Shown piece by piece: positions 19,133-28,848 of a stretch of 64,000 bases of DNA (position 1 is its first letter; each line of letters begins with the position of its first letter). Made by a program: the position numbers and the translations under genes. Below the pieces are notes generated by a model that was not told the DNA's origin, ran no database searches, and saw only the letters and a list, made by a program, of their open reading frames with translations. The stretch covers positions 31,723-95,722 of IMG/VR virus record IMGVR_UViG_3300011337_000467. One strand, 5' to 3'. This DNA is from a virus (lineage: Duplodnaviria; Heunggongvirae; Uroviricota; Caudoviricetes).

Positions 19133-20247
19133 TTCACAACAAAATTCTGTAGCTGTTGAGTGTTTTCCTGTTCAAACTCATACAGTCTATTGTGATTGTG
19201 GTCTAGTCTGGGTTTTAATTTTTTCAGCAGTGCAGGCAAATCTTGACTGCACAACCATTGCACTTGTTCAAGCGCACCATGCCATCTTGCAATGTCGTCT
19301 GGCTTGTTGTCGTATGATTCGTCTATGACATCGCCAAAAGTTTCAAATCCCCAGTCTCGGTAATATTGCAAAAACCCTTGTATAGCAAATACCACAAACA
19401 GTCTGCGAGCTTGCAGGCATTTGGCCATTTTTTCTGCTGACAAAAATATGCGGTCTTCAGAGACGTGTTTGCCCAGAGTTTCACACACCACTGAAAACCA
19501 AGTACGATTGTATATTTCCCATGGCACAAATCCACTGACTGAATGGTCCATTTGAGATTTTACTTCCCATAAAGGGTCAAGGTGTGGGCTCACATAAGGA
19601 TATTGCAATTTTGTGTTGTTAAACAGTGCAGTCACACGTTCAGGAGTTTGATTGATCCAATGGCCCACAAACAGATCTCTGTAGGTCACAATGCCTTGCT
19701 CCAGTAATCCTGATTGTTGTAGACCCAGCATGGCAAAGTCTCTGTGCTCGCGCCTGGCTCCTAGCAAACACTCAAATGCATACGGGCGGTCAAGTGGGAA
19801 ATCCACACGTGGTGGATTCCAACGTAGGAAATTAAAACTCCAGGCTGGTCTGTAAATTACTCTTGGGTCAGCAGGTTCATCCAACCAAATGCTGGCTGTG
19901 TGCAATAGCCAATTTTTGACTCCTGTGGTCTCGATCCAGGTCACAAGTTCTTTTTTGCTGCGCCATTCGATGTCAGTGAATAACACAAGATCAAACTCAT
20001 GCAAAGGAAATTGCATGTACTCTGGACAATAATCAAACTTGTTAGGCAAACTGTAAAACACTGGCATCACTGCTATGCGATGCGGCTGTGCCAGGGCAGT
20101 TGGCAAATCCACAATCTGCTTGAAATCAAACCCCCATTCAGTTGCGTGGTAACCCGGAGAAAATACCTTAAGTGTGGCGTGCAAGTCTTTCACGAATCTT
20201 GTCCATGTAGTAATCAAACTTAGGAATTTCTTTTTTGTCCCAGTCAA
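19120..20247 (-). CDS. GT10-like (fucosyltransferase-family) glycosyltransferase, paralogue 1
   Basis: C-terminal block 'FLSAEKMAKCL...GFETFGDVIDESYD' is shared with the 52167 and 55315 minus-strand ORFs ('ITEKT..IPILIGHPG...F.D..D.SYD'), reminiscent of the GT10 YxTEK/IPV motif. Confidence 0.35.
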   Translation of the reverse strand: MTGTKKKFLSLITTWTRFVKDLHATLKVFSPGYHATEWGFDFKQIVDLPTALAQPHRIAVMPVFYSLPNKFDYCPEYMQFPLHEFDLVLFTDIEWRSKKELVTWIETTGVKNWLLHTASIWLDEPADPRVIYRPAWSFNFLRWNPPRVDFPLDRPYAFECLLGARREHRDFAMLGLQQSGLLEQGIVTYRDLFVGHWINQTPERVTALFNNTKLQYPYVSPHLDPLWEVKSQMDHSVSGFVPWEIYNRTWFSVVCETLGKHVSEDRIFLSAEKMAKCLQARRLFVVFAIQGFLQYYRDWGFETFGDVIDESYDNKPDDIARWHGALEQVQWLCSQDLPALLKKLKPRLDHNHNRLYEFEQENTQQLQNFVVNHLK

Positions 20248-21052
20248 ACTGCAAACTGCGACTTAGGTCAGGCACAGCATCACACACAGCAGTATGGTAA
20301 GTGGGGTCAAAGTCGCCAATCTTTTCCATGTCGTCATAGTGATATCTACGCTGGAATTCCATGGTTATATCCTGACGACTCATGGCCCAGTTGCCAATGA
20401 ATTCGTATTCAGAGAACCAACGAATCAGTTCACCATTGCCCCAAGGTGGCACAGTAGGCTCGGGCGGGCATGAGTCAATCATGGCATTCAGCCATTTTTT
20501 GTTGTGTGTTTGTTCCAGGAACTTCACAAGGTCGTTGAAGTCTTTTTTCAGCACAGGCACAAACTCTGAAATAAAGCAGTGTGGTGTGAGTCGGTCAAAG
20601 CCCAGAGCATTCTTGATGCTCTCATAGTAACCCCAACTGTGCCGTTCGTTTTCTAACACCATAAAGTTCAGCTTGCCATCTTTAAAGGGCTCGTAGTCTT
20701 TGATCAACAAGCAATCACAGTCATGCATGATCATGAGATCGTAATCTAAATAATCTAAGAAAGCAAACTTGATGGCCTGTTGACGCAACCAGTAGGTTCT
20801 ATAGTCGCCTTCAAAAACCCAGTCATTAACTTCAGGATATATTCTGTAAATTTCCGAGTCAGGTGCATAGTCAAATTTTGCAGTGTCTATACCGTGCTTT
20901 TCAAATACTTCCCAAAGTTCATCTTTGGGCACAGGACTGGCAATGCAAGTTCTATCCACACCAATAAGGTGTTGAGTAAATTCTGGTTGTAGGCTCATTA
21001 TAGCATGCGGCACACGATAGCGTGCTAGGTATAAGATTTTTGCGCTGGTCAT
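20168..21052 (-). CDS. Hypothetical protein
   Basis: Minus-strand ORF. Start set at Met 'MTSAK' (21052) to avoid overlapping the upstream minus gene. No motif recognised. Confidence 0.4.
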   Translation of the reverse strand: MTSAKILYLARYRVPHAIMSLQPEFTQHLIGVDRTCIASPVPKDELWEVFEKHGIDTAKFDYAPDSEIYRIYPEVNDWVFEGDYRTYWLRQQAIKFAFLDYLDYDLMIMHDCDCLLIKDYEPFKDGKLNFMVLENERHSWGYYESIKNALGFDRLTPHCFISEFVPVLKKDFNDLVKFLEQTHNKKWLNAMIDSCPPEPTVPPWGNGELIRWFSEYEFIGNWAMSRQDITMEFQRRYHYDDMEKIGDFDPTYHTAVCDAVPDLSRSLQFDWDKKEIPKFDYYMDKIRERLARHT

Positions 21053-21060
21053 GGCATTAA

Positions 21061-22125
21061 TTATAGAGTAGCAACAGCAGAGGCTGTTTTCCCGCAAGTG
21101 CTAACACACTGATATGGTCTGCCTTCGGCAATGCTGGATTTGCTCCATGCTTGTTCTACACTTTCAAACCAGGCCAAACAATGTTCCAATGGATACTGCA
21201 ACGCATTGTTTTCTTGTACCATGGGTGCCAGTTCCTTGTTGCCCGGATGACTCATGGTGTGTGGATAAAACCCTAAAAAGCAACATGGATACACACTACC
21301 ATCTGCGGCAATGTATATTTCTTGATTTTGTTTGTGAATACAGTTCATTGACAAATTTGGAACATCTTTGTGAGAACGATATGTTTTAGAATCATACCAA
21401 GTGACATGATTTTCTAACAATGCTTCAATTGTTGGAACTTCACCAGGTTCAGCGAGTCCAATCACATGACTAAACTTTCCATCTCTAGTGAATACTGGTC
21501 CACGATCTCGTCCATCGTATATGTTTTCAAATTCAAAAAAACCCAGATCATGTGCCAGCTGGCGGCATTCTTGTTCTTGATGGCGATTGTGATCAAAAGG
21601 CACAAATCGCCACACAGCCCGACCTCCTGCACGAATTAGTGCTTGTGCATGATCAATGATTCTGTGCCAATCTGTGTCTTGACGATATAATTTGTGAGTG
21701 TCACTCATGCCGTCGATTGCAAATCCCACTGTGACTCTGGGTAGTGCTAGTCTGCTCCACCAGTCTGGGCTGCGTAAACTACCATTGGTATTGATATGAA
21801 CTGGCACGTTGTGAGCAGCAATATATTCAACTATGTCTACCGCATCACGAGCTGATGCAAAATCACCAAGATTGCCATTAAATGTAATGCCTCTAAATCC
21901 AAACACTGTTGGTATTCGACCATTAATAGGTTCGTCAGGGCGAATTAGTTGCGCCAGCAGTTCAGGAGTAACAATGTGTTTGAAATCTGCTAGAGACAAT
22001 TCACATGTTGGGTATCCAGAATTGTATTCGTACCCTCTATAATTTCGCATGCACATGGGACATCTTGCATTGCATCTTGTGGTCAATTCAATATGCAATC
22101 GACGAATTTCTGATAGTTTTAACAT
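21061..22125 (-). CDS. Radical SAM enzyme (subfamily B; C-terminal Cys-rich SPASM/twitch-like extension)
   Basis: 'IELTTRCNARCPMC' CxxxCxxC within ~25 aa of the chosen start, and 'PCCF' plus further Cys near the C-terminus. Strong paralogy with 50795..51820. Confidence 0.6.
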   Translation of the reverse strand: MLKLSEIRRLHIELTTRCNARCPMCMRNYRGYEYNSGYPTCELSLADFKHIVTPELLAQLIRPDEPINGRIPTVFGFRGITFNGNLGDFASARDAVDIVEYIAAHNVPVHINTNGSLRSPDWWSRLALPRVTVGFAIDGMSDTHKLYRQDTDWHRIIDHAQALIRAGGRAVWRFVPFDHNRHQEQECRQLAHDLGFFEFENIYDGRDRGPVFTRDGKFSHVIGLAEPGEVPTIEALLENHVTWYDSKTYRSHKDVPNLSMNCIHKQNQEIYIAADGSVYPCCFLGFYPHTMSHPGNKELAPMVQENNALQYPLEHCLAWFESVEQAWSKSSIAEGRPYQCVSTCGKTASAVATL

Positions 22126-22162
22126 TGTGATATTTATAGCTGTATATTTGACTAAATATCTA

Positions 22163-22462
22163 ATGCAGACCAAATCAGTTCAAGTTCATTGTGATGTTTA
22201 TTGCAAGTGGGATGGCAATGACACCCGCTATAGACTGTATGTAAATGACGAGTTGTTTACAGAAAGATCATGGATTTGGAATGGTAAAGAGTATTACTTA
22301 GAAGAAGTGATAGTGATTGAAGCACCTCCAGGATTGTACAAAATTAAATATGAACTGGTGGAACCGTGTGGCAGCAAACTAAAAATAAGAAACATGCGAG
22401 TAGTCAGTAAAAATGCTGCGATACACGACGATCAAATAACATTGGAAATACCATCATCATGA
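22163..22462 (+). CDS. Hypothetical protein
   Basis: 100-aa ORF starting at Met 'MQTKS', divergent from the minus-strand radical SAM gene. Confidence 0.35.
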   Translation: MQTKSVQVHCDVYCKWDGNDTRYRLYVNDELFTERSWIWNGKEYYLEEVIVIEAPPGLYKIKYELVEPCGSKLKIRNMRVVSKNAAIHDDQITLEIPSS

Positions 22463-22677
22463 GAATGAAAGAAATAATGGAAAATGCGTCAGTAGGTGGC
22501 ACTAGTTCAGGGTCTATAGCACCTGTAAGTCAGCCATTGGGCATGGTGTCAAGATCTGGCGGATCCATGTTAAGTGGTAAATATGTAACAGGCTCTGATC
22601 CTACACCGAACACGCCTAAGGAATACAAAAGGAATAAACATGTTAGCGGACGCTTTAAAAACTCTCCTGGCAACTGA
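22459..22677 (+). CDS. Small Gly/Ser-rich hypothetical protein
   Basis: ATGA overlap with the upstream gene. 72 aa. The 3' end overlaps the Dps-like gene start. Confidence 0.3.
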   Translation: MRMKEIMENASVGGTSSGSIAPVSQPLGMVSRSGGSMLSGKYVTGSDPTPNTPKEYKRNKHVSGRFKNSPGN

Positions 22678-23083
22678 GTATGCTTTCAGCATCAAAGCCC
22701 AGCTGTTTCACTGGAATGTGGAAGGACCGGACTTTGCTCAATTACACGAGTTTTTTGGAAACTTGTATGAAGAAGTCTATAACGGATCAATAGACCGAAC
22801 CGCTGAATACATTCGCGCACTAGGCGACTACTCGCCGGGCAGTTTTGAGCGTTTTGCTGAGCTGTCAGAAATCAAGGGCCAGACCAAGATACCTCGTGCC
22901 CGACTCATGATTGAAGAACTGTTGGCTAACAACACCCAACTGTTGGAACTTCTTAACCAATGCTTTGCTGTTGCTGAACAAGAAAATCAACAAGGCATCG
23001 CTAATTTTATAGCAGAACGCATTGATGCTCAACAAAAGCATGGCTGGATGCTGAGAAGTTTCTTGAAAGACGAAAGAGCATGA
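22640..23083 (+). CDS. Dps-like (DNA-binding ferritin-like) protein
   Basis: 'AQLFHWNVEGPDFAQLHEFFGNLYEEV' matches the Dps ferroxidase-site block (HWNV.G..F..LHE.FEE.Y). The 147-aa length is typical. Confidence 0.6.
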   Translation: MLADALKTLLATEYAFSIKAQLFHWNVEGPDFAQLHEFFGNLYEEVYNGSIDRTAEYIRALGDYSPGSFERFAELSEIKGQTKIPRARLMIEELLANNTQLLELLNQCFAVAEQENQQGIANFIAERIDAQQKHGWMLRSFLKDERA

Positions 23084-23766
23084 GCAACGACATTAGAGAC
23101 ATACTGCAACGTTTGAGTATAGTAGAAGGCAAAACTACTCCAGTAAACGTTAAACATGGACTTAATCAACAACAAAAATCAGTGCATCAATTGCCAGCAT
23201 TGTTCAAGCCGCACAGCATTCGAGCACTAGGTGCCAAGACAGATCCTCAACATCCCATGCATGGTGAGTTAGTGGGCGACTCTGTTGTTCCAAAGAAACC
23301 ATCGCTTGGAGAGGCCATGCAAGAAGTCGAAGAAGATATGTTGAGCAAGGTCAAAAAAGACCTCACACAGTATCTTGATCAACTGGAGAAAAAAGTCCGA
23401 GTTGATCGTGAACTCAAAGACAAAGCCAAAGACGCTGTGGAAAAACACACCGCCGAAGAAGAAATTGAAGAAAACGATTATGAACTAACTGATCCTAGCA
23501 CAGTGCATGGCATCGAAGACAACATAGATACCCAACTAGGCAATCCACAACAGCCCATCAAAGTCATGGAACTGGATGACGGTGCCATATTTGAAATACA
23601 CGGTGATGAAGGCAACGGTTATGAAATACGCCATCGTGGTCGTAGCTTGCCCAGTCGATTCCGCACATCTGACGAAGCAGGCATAGCAGTTGATTTGTTC
23701 CGCGCTCATAAACAGCGTAATCGGCCAGAACAAAATCTCAATCAAGATTACATAGAAGAACGATAA
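23080..23766 (+). CDS. Acidic hypothetical protein
   Basis: ATGA overlap with the upstream gene. 228 aa, D/E-rich with a predicted coiled coil. Confidence 0.4.
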   Translation: MSNDIRDILQRLSIVEGKTTPVNVKHGLNQQQKSVHQLPALFKPHSIRALGAKTDPQHPMHGELVGDSVVPKKPSLGEAMQEVEEDMLSKVKKDLTQYLDQLEKKVRVDRELKDKAKDAVEKHTAEEEIEENDYELTDPSTVHGIEDNIDTQLGNPQQPIKVMELDDGAIFEIHGDEGNGYEIRHRGRSLPSRFRTSDEAGIAVDLFRAHKQRNRPEQNLNQDYIEER

Positions 23767-23767
23767 T

Positions 23768-24136
23768 ATGAAACTTGCTGATTTATTTGAAAACGATAGT
23801 TTGACAGATTATTTCAAACAGCTACAAAAAAATAATCCTCAATTTGCCAATCTCCGTATACATGGTGATCCAGAACATGACGAGCTACGCAAACAAGATC
23901 GAACAGCGTATCTGGCTCGACAAACACAAGCAGCAAAATCTGCAGCAGCAGATGCAGCGTCAGTTGATGTTGATGCATTGAAAAGAGAACTGTCTGCAAA
24001 ACAAGACAAATATAAACAACTAGGCGGCGACAGTTATCAATATGCCGACCGCATGATGCCCCGAGACCTCGAGGCACAGGCATTACACCAACAGATCAAT
24101 TCCCTAGCGAGAAGAATTCAAGCCGCAGGTGGCTAA
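23768..24136 (+). CDS. Hypothetical protein
   Basis: 122-aa ORF 2 nt after the previous stop. Confidence 0.4.
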   Translation: MKLADLFENDSLTDYFKQLQKNNPQFANLRIHGDPEHDELRKQDRTAYLARQTQAAKSAAADAASVDVDALKRELSAKQDKYKQLGGDSYQYADRMMPRDLEAQALHQQINSLARRIQAAGG

Positions 24137-24222
24137 CCAAACTCAGCCTTAGGACCGAGTAGGCGGCTGCTGCCTGGGTCAATGGATTCGCTACCTTGCG
24201 ATCCAAAGTGAGCAAATTCATC

Positions 24223-24251
24223 TTGACATTCCTCTGCTAAAACTGTATACT
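24223..24251 (+). promoter_or_regulatory. sigma70-type promoter (TTGACA-17-TATACT)
   Basis: TTGACA at 24223-24228, 17-nt spacer, TATACT at 24246-24251. AGGAGG Shine-Dalgarno and ATG at 24271 follow. Confidence 0.55.
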
Positions 24252-24270
24252 TGTTTTTTTAGGAGGCTCT

Positions 24271-24528
24271 ATGAGCAAGACATTTAACGGCGAACAAAAA
24301 CTCAAACTTACCCAAATCATCAACGAAGGCATGCAAGTGCTTCACGAGATCGAAACACTCAACGGCGGACTCACTGACACTATCAAGGCTGTGGCCGAAG
24401 AGTTGGAAATCAAACCTGCCATTCTCAAGAAGGCCATCAAACTGGCACACAAGGCTGAATTTGGCAAAGAAAAACAAGATCACGAAACTCTAGAAACAAT
24501 TCTTGAAACTGTTGGAAAAACTCTTTAA
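24271..24528 (+). CDS. Small hypothetical protein
   Basis: Preceded by the promoter and a strong AGGAGG Shine-Dalgarno. 85 aa. Confidence 0.5.
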   Translation: MSKTFNGEQKLKLTQIINEGMQVLHEIETLNGGLTDTIKAVAEELEIKPAILKKAIKLAHKAEFGKEKQDHETLETILETVGKTL

Positions 24529-24533
24529 GAGTA

Positions 24534-25121
24534 ATGCAACAATCATTTCTAATGTCTGCTAAGTCTATAGTTCTTGTGTCTGCCAGCAGAACTGGGTCAA
24601 TGTTAGTGTGGCATAATTTGAATTGGCACGTCAAATTCAAACTTCCAATAGTTCACACTCACAATGCCTTGGTTGACGTTGCAGATGATCAACTGGTGGT
24701 TATAAGTCGACGACAAAATAACTTTGACACTATTGTCAGCAGTTTGGTAGGACAACGTACCAAAGAATTTGTAAAGTATACTGGCAAAAACATTAGTAGT
24801 TTTTTTGTAAGTAAAGACGAGTTTGAAAAAACTTTTTGGTTTGTGGAATGTCATCAGCAGCTGACTCAAACAAGATTTACAGAAGCAGTTATTGTTGAGT
24901 TTGAACCGTTGATTAATGATTCTCTCTACTTGTTTGGTTTATTTGGCATTGCCAAAGAAACAGATTATCGATTTCTACAAAAGTCGCCGTATCGTGCTTG
25001 CGACTTGATTGAAAATTATGTAGAATGCAAGTCTTGGTTCAATCAATTAAAAGAAGAGACATCTTTAGACCATAATATAATGGGCAACTTCTTATCCGAG
25101 CACAAACAAATGTACAGCTGA
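24534..25121 (+). CDS. Hypothetical protein, possibly sulfotransferase-like
   Basis: 'VLVSASRTGSMLV' resembles the PAPS-binding P-loop of Stf-type sulfotransferases. Weak, single motif only. Confidence 0.3.
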   Translation: MQQSFLMSAKSIVLVSASRTGSMLVWHNLNWHVKFKLPIVHTHNALVDVADDQLVVISRRQNNFDTIVSSLVGQRTKEFVKYTGKNISSFFVSKDEFEKTFWFVECHQQLTQTRFTEAVIVEFEPLINDSLYLFGLFGIAKETDYRFLQKSPYRACDLIENYVECKSWFNQLKEETSLDHNIMGNFLSEHKQMYS

Positions 25122-25200
25122 TAATTGTCAGCATAAGTAACAGTAGAGTCGCCTACTTTACAGGCATGTATCATGGCACACCAGCCACAATTGGAGATCA

Positions 25201-27861
25201 ATGAGCTATATCGACGCACTGTTTGATCGTGAACACGATCGCATTCATGTTGTAGAACGCCGCAATGGCGAACGAGTCTACAAAGAATATCCTGCCAACT
25301 ACATCTTCTATTATGACGATCCTAGAGGCAAGTTCCAAAGTATTTACGGCACACCTGTAAATAGATTCTCATCGCGCAACAACAAAGAATTTCGCAAGGA
25401 AGTTCGCAGCCAGTCTGGCAAGCAGTTGTATGAATCAGACATCAATCCCATCTTTAGATGCTTGGAAGAAAACTACAAAGACCAAGATGCTCCGGAACTG
25501 CACACAGCATTTTTCGACATTGAAGTTGCGTTTGACCAAGAGCGCGGATTCTCACCTGTGGCAGATCCATTCAATCCTATCACTGCAATATCTGTATATT
25601 TGGACTGGTTGGATCAGATGATCACACTGGCAGTGCCGCCCAAACATCTAAGTTGGGACACAGCACAAGAGCTGGTGAGTGAGTTTGAAAACACCATCTT
25701 GTTTGAGCGTGAAGAAGACATGATCAAGATGTTCCTGGACGTGATTGAAGGTGCAGATGTACTTACAGGCTGGAACTCAGAAGGCTATGACATTCCTTAC
25801 ACAGTAAATCGTACCACACGAATACTCAGCAAGGACGACACAAGGCGTTTTTGTTTGTGGGGTCAGTTTCCCAAGCAACGTATGTTTGAACGCTTTGGCG
25901 CAGAGAATCAGACCTACGACTTGATTGGTCGTGTGCATATGGACTATATGCAGTTGTATCGCAAGTACACATACGAAGAACGCCACTCATACAGTTTGGA
26001 TGCTATTGGCGAATACGAACTGGGCGAACGCAAAACACAGTTTGAAGGCACACTGGATCAGTTGTACAACCAACACTTTAAGAAGTTCATTGAGTACAAC
26101 CGCCAAGACACCATGATCATTGCCAAACTGGACAAGAAATTGCGCTTCTTGGATCTGGCCAATGAACTGGCACATGCCAATACTGTGTTGCTACAAACCA
26201 CAATGGGTGCGGTGGCAGTGACTGAACAGGCCATTATCAATGAAGCACACGAACGTGGCATGGTTGTGCCCAATCGCAAGCAACGCCTCACAGATGATGA
26301 CACACAGGCTGCAGGTGCTTACGTAGCATATCCTAAAAAGGGCTTGCACATGTGGATTGGATCAGTGGACATCAATTCACTATATCCATCAGCCATTCGT
26401 GCCATGAACATGGGTCCAGAAACTGTGGTAGGTCAATTGCGGCAGACCATGACTGATCATTTGATCAAAGCCAACATGGCCAAGGGACAAAGTTTTGCGG
26501 CTGCATGGGAAGGCCTGTTTGCCAGCTTAGAATACACAGCCGTAATGGAACAGCAACGTGGCACAGAAATTACCATTGACTGGGAAGGCGGCGAAGAGTC
26601 AGTCCACTCGGCCATGGAAATCTGGCACATGATCTTTGATAGCAACCAGCCCTGGATCCTCACTGCCAATGGTACCATTCTCACTTACGAGAAGAAAGGT
26701 ATCATCCCCGGCTTGCTAGAACGCTGGTATCGTGAGCGACAAGAGCTACAGGCCAAGAAGAAAGAAACCAAGGATCCCAAAGAGATTGCGTTCTGGGACA
26801 AGCGTCAGCTGGTCAAGAAGATTAACCTTAACTCCTTGTATGGTGCTATTTTGAATCCAGGCTGTAGATTCTTTGACAAGCGCATTGGGCAGTCAACCAC
26901 ACTGGCAGGCAGATCAATTGCCAAGCACATGGATGCTCACATCAACGAGTGTATCACAGGCGAATATGATCACACAGGCAAGGCCATCATCTATGGTGAT
27001 ACAGACTCATGCTATTTCTCTGCGTGGCCCATACTGGAAAAAGAAGTTGCAGAAGGACGTATGGAATGGTCAAAAGAAACTTGCATCCAACTGTATGACT
27101 CAATTGCTGATCAGGTAAACGAGAGCTTTCCAGCGTTTATGGAACAGGCATTCCATTGTCCCAGAGACATGGGATCCTTGATCAAAGCTGGCCGTGAACT
27201 GGTTGCTGACCGCAGTTTGTTCATTACCAAGAAGCGTTATGCTGTGAACATCATTGACTTGGAAGGCAAGCGATTGGATGTGGATGGCAAGATTGGCAAG
27301 ACCAAGGCTATGGGCTTGGATTTGAAACGCAGTGATACTCCCAAAGTAATTCAAGACTTCTTGCTAGAAATTCTAAATAAAGTACTGGCAGGTACACAAC
27401 GAGATGAAATTATTGAACGCATTAGAGAATTCAAGTATGAATTCAAAGAGCGGCCAGGCTGGGAGAAAGGGTCACCCAAGCGTGTGAACAACTTGACCAA
27501 GTATGCGGCAGAAGAAGCACGTCTTGGCAAAGCAAACATGCCCGGGCACGTTAGAGCCGCAATGAACTGGAATCAAATGCGTAGAATGAATTCAGACAAC
27601 TACTCAATGCAGGTCGTGGATGGTATGAAAACCATTGTGTGCAAACTCAAATCAAATGCACTTGGATGGACGTCAATTGGCTATCCTACCGATGAACAAA
27701 GATTGCCTGCATGGTTTACTGAACTGCCGTTTGACGATGGGTTAATGGAAGCAACTGTTGTGGATCAAAAGGTCGATAACTTGCTGGGTGTGTTGGAGTG
27801 GGACCTTGCGGCTGCTACCAACACAGAAAACACTTTTACATCACTATTTTCATTCGAATGA
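25201..27861 (+). CDS. Family B DNA polymerase (T4 gp43-like) with 3'-5' exonuclease domain
   Basis: Exo I 'FFDIEV', motif A 'DINSLYPSAI', 'KKRY' and motif C 'YGDTDS' are all present in the expected order. Confidence 0.9.
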   Translation: MSYIDALFDREHDRIHVVERRNGERVYKEYPANYIFYYDDPRGKFQSIYGTPVNRFSSRNNKEFRKEVRSQSGKQLYESDINPIFRCLEENYKDQDAPELHTAFFDIEVAFDQERGFSPVADPFNPITAISVYLDWLDQMITLAVPPKHLSWDTAQELVSEFENTILFEREEDMIKMFLDVIEGADVLTGWNSEGYDIPYTVNRTTRILSKDDTRRFCLWGQFPKQRMFERFGAENQTYDLIGRVHMDYMQLYRKYTYEERHSYSLDAIGEYELGERKTQFEGTLDQLYNQHFKKFIEYNRQDTMIIAKLDKKLRFLDLANELAHANTVLLQTTMGAVAVTEQAIINEAHERGMVVPNRKQRLTDDDTQAAGAYVAYPKKGLHMWIGSVDINSLYPSAIRAMNMGPETVVGQLRQTMTDHLIKANMAKGQSFAAAWEGLFASLEYTAVMEQQRGTEITIDWEGGEESVHSAMEIWHMIFDSNQPWILTANGTILTYEKKGIIPGLLERWYRERQELQAKKKETKDPKEIAFWDKRQLVKKINLNSLYGAILNPGCRFFDKRIGQSTTLAGRSIAKHMDAHINECITGEYDHTGKAIIYGDTDSCYFSAWPILEKEVAEGRMEWSKETCIQLYDSIADQVNESFPAFMEQAFHCPRDMGSLIKAGRELVADRSLFITKKRYAVNIIDLEGKRLDVDGKIGKTKAMGLDLKRSDTPKVIQDFLLEILNKVLAGTQRDEIIERIREFKYEFKERPGWEKGSPKRVNNLTKYAAEEARLGKANMPGHVRAAMNWNQMRRMNSDNYSMQVVDGMKTIVCKLKSNALGWTSIGYPTDEQRLPAWFTELPFDDGLMEATVVDQKVDNLLGVLEWDLAAATNTENTFTSLFSFE

Positions 27862-28799
27862 AGCTAAGCCAAGTTGTTGCATACTTAAACATGTTAGACA
27901 GTACTGACATGGATCCTTCTTATGGTAATATAACTGACAAGTTAGATAACATTTTGCATGCGGTAAAAAATCGAGACTTGCAATATCATTCCGCAAACTC
28001 AGATCTTGATGAAAAACTTGCAGGTGTCAAACATTCTATTGGTAAATTTGATCAATCACTTCAGGCATTAAAACAACAATTACAAAACGACGTTGATCGC
28101 TTGGCCCCTGAATATTATGCAGAAAGTTGGAAGAGATACGAGCAGGAGATGTGTTTTGAAACAGTAGAACATCTGATCAATCGCAAGTTGAATATTGATT
28201 TTGACGATCACGAACGCCTGCGCAACACAATAAAAAACTATACCGATTGGAGATTACCCGGTATGGTTCTTGGTGCCAGACGCGAAACATTTATAGAAGA
28301 TATGGTGCCTATGGATCCGCTGTATCTTGTGGACCATGATCGAGAATTAATTAACGTTGCAATGAGTCCGTTTACTCAAGAATACCAACGGCGACTGAGA
28401 CCTTATGTGATCAACGACTGGAAAAACACAGAAATTTTTACAGCACTTCCGTCTAACCAATTTGGACTAGTTTTTGCCTACAACTATTTTAATTGGAAAC
28501 CCATTGAGATGATTGAAAAGTTTCTCACAGAGATATACCAAAAACTACGTCCTGGTGGTGCATTAGTGTTTACCTACAATGAATGCGACAACTGGAACGG
28601 TGTTGGAGCAGTAGAAAACGCTTGGATGTGTTATACACCAGGCAGTCGGATACAAACAATAGCCAGAAATCTTGGCTATAAAATTATCGAACAATGTACC
28701 GGTACTGGTGACATTGCTTGGTTTGAAATGCACAAGCCCGGAGAAGTCCGTAGCTTGCGTGGCGGGCAAGTTCTGGCAAAAGTAATTCGCCAAGAATGA
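27858..28799 (+). CDS. Hypothetical protein (C-terminal 'LRPGGALVFT' block weakly methyltransferase-like)
   Basis: Start chosen at the ATG overlapping the polymerase stop (ATGA at 27858). The track ORF began 60 nt upstream inside the polymerase. Confidence 0.4.
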   Translation: MKLSQVVAYLNMLDSTDMDPSYGNITDKLDNILHAVKNRDLQYHSANSDLDEKLAGVKHSIGKFDQSLQALKQQLQNDVDRLAPEYYAESWKRYEQEMCFETVEHLINRKLNIDFDDHERLRNTIKNYTDWRLPGMVLGARRETFIEDMVPMDPLYLVDHDRELINVAMSPFTQEYQRRLRPYVINDWKNTEIFTALPSNQFGLVFAYNYFNWKPIEMIEKFLTEIYQKLRPGGALVFTYNECDNWNGVGAVENAWMCYTPGSRIQTIARNLGYKIIEQCTGTGDIAWFEMHKPGEVRSLRGGQVLAKVIRQE

Positions 28800-28828
28800 T
28801 TGCAAATTCTAAATACATCTGTTATAAT
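28800..28828 (+). promoter_or_regulatory. sigma70-type promoter (TTGCAA-17-TATAAT)
   Basis: TTGCAA at 28800-28805, 17-nt spacer, TATAAT at 28823-28828. AGGAG Shine-Dalgarno and ATG at 28849 follow. Confidence 0.5.
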
Positions 28829-28848
28829 TAAACACTTAGGAGTATACA

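Noticed and set aside
24137-24180. Possible terminator hairpin (AGGCGG-CTG-CTGCCT) after gene 23768-24136
   Set aside because: The stem contains a G-U pair, has a 3-nt loop and is not followed by a T-run, so there is insufficient evidence for an intrinsic terminator.
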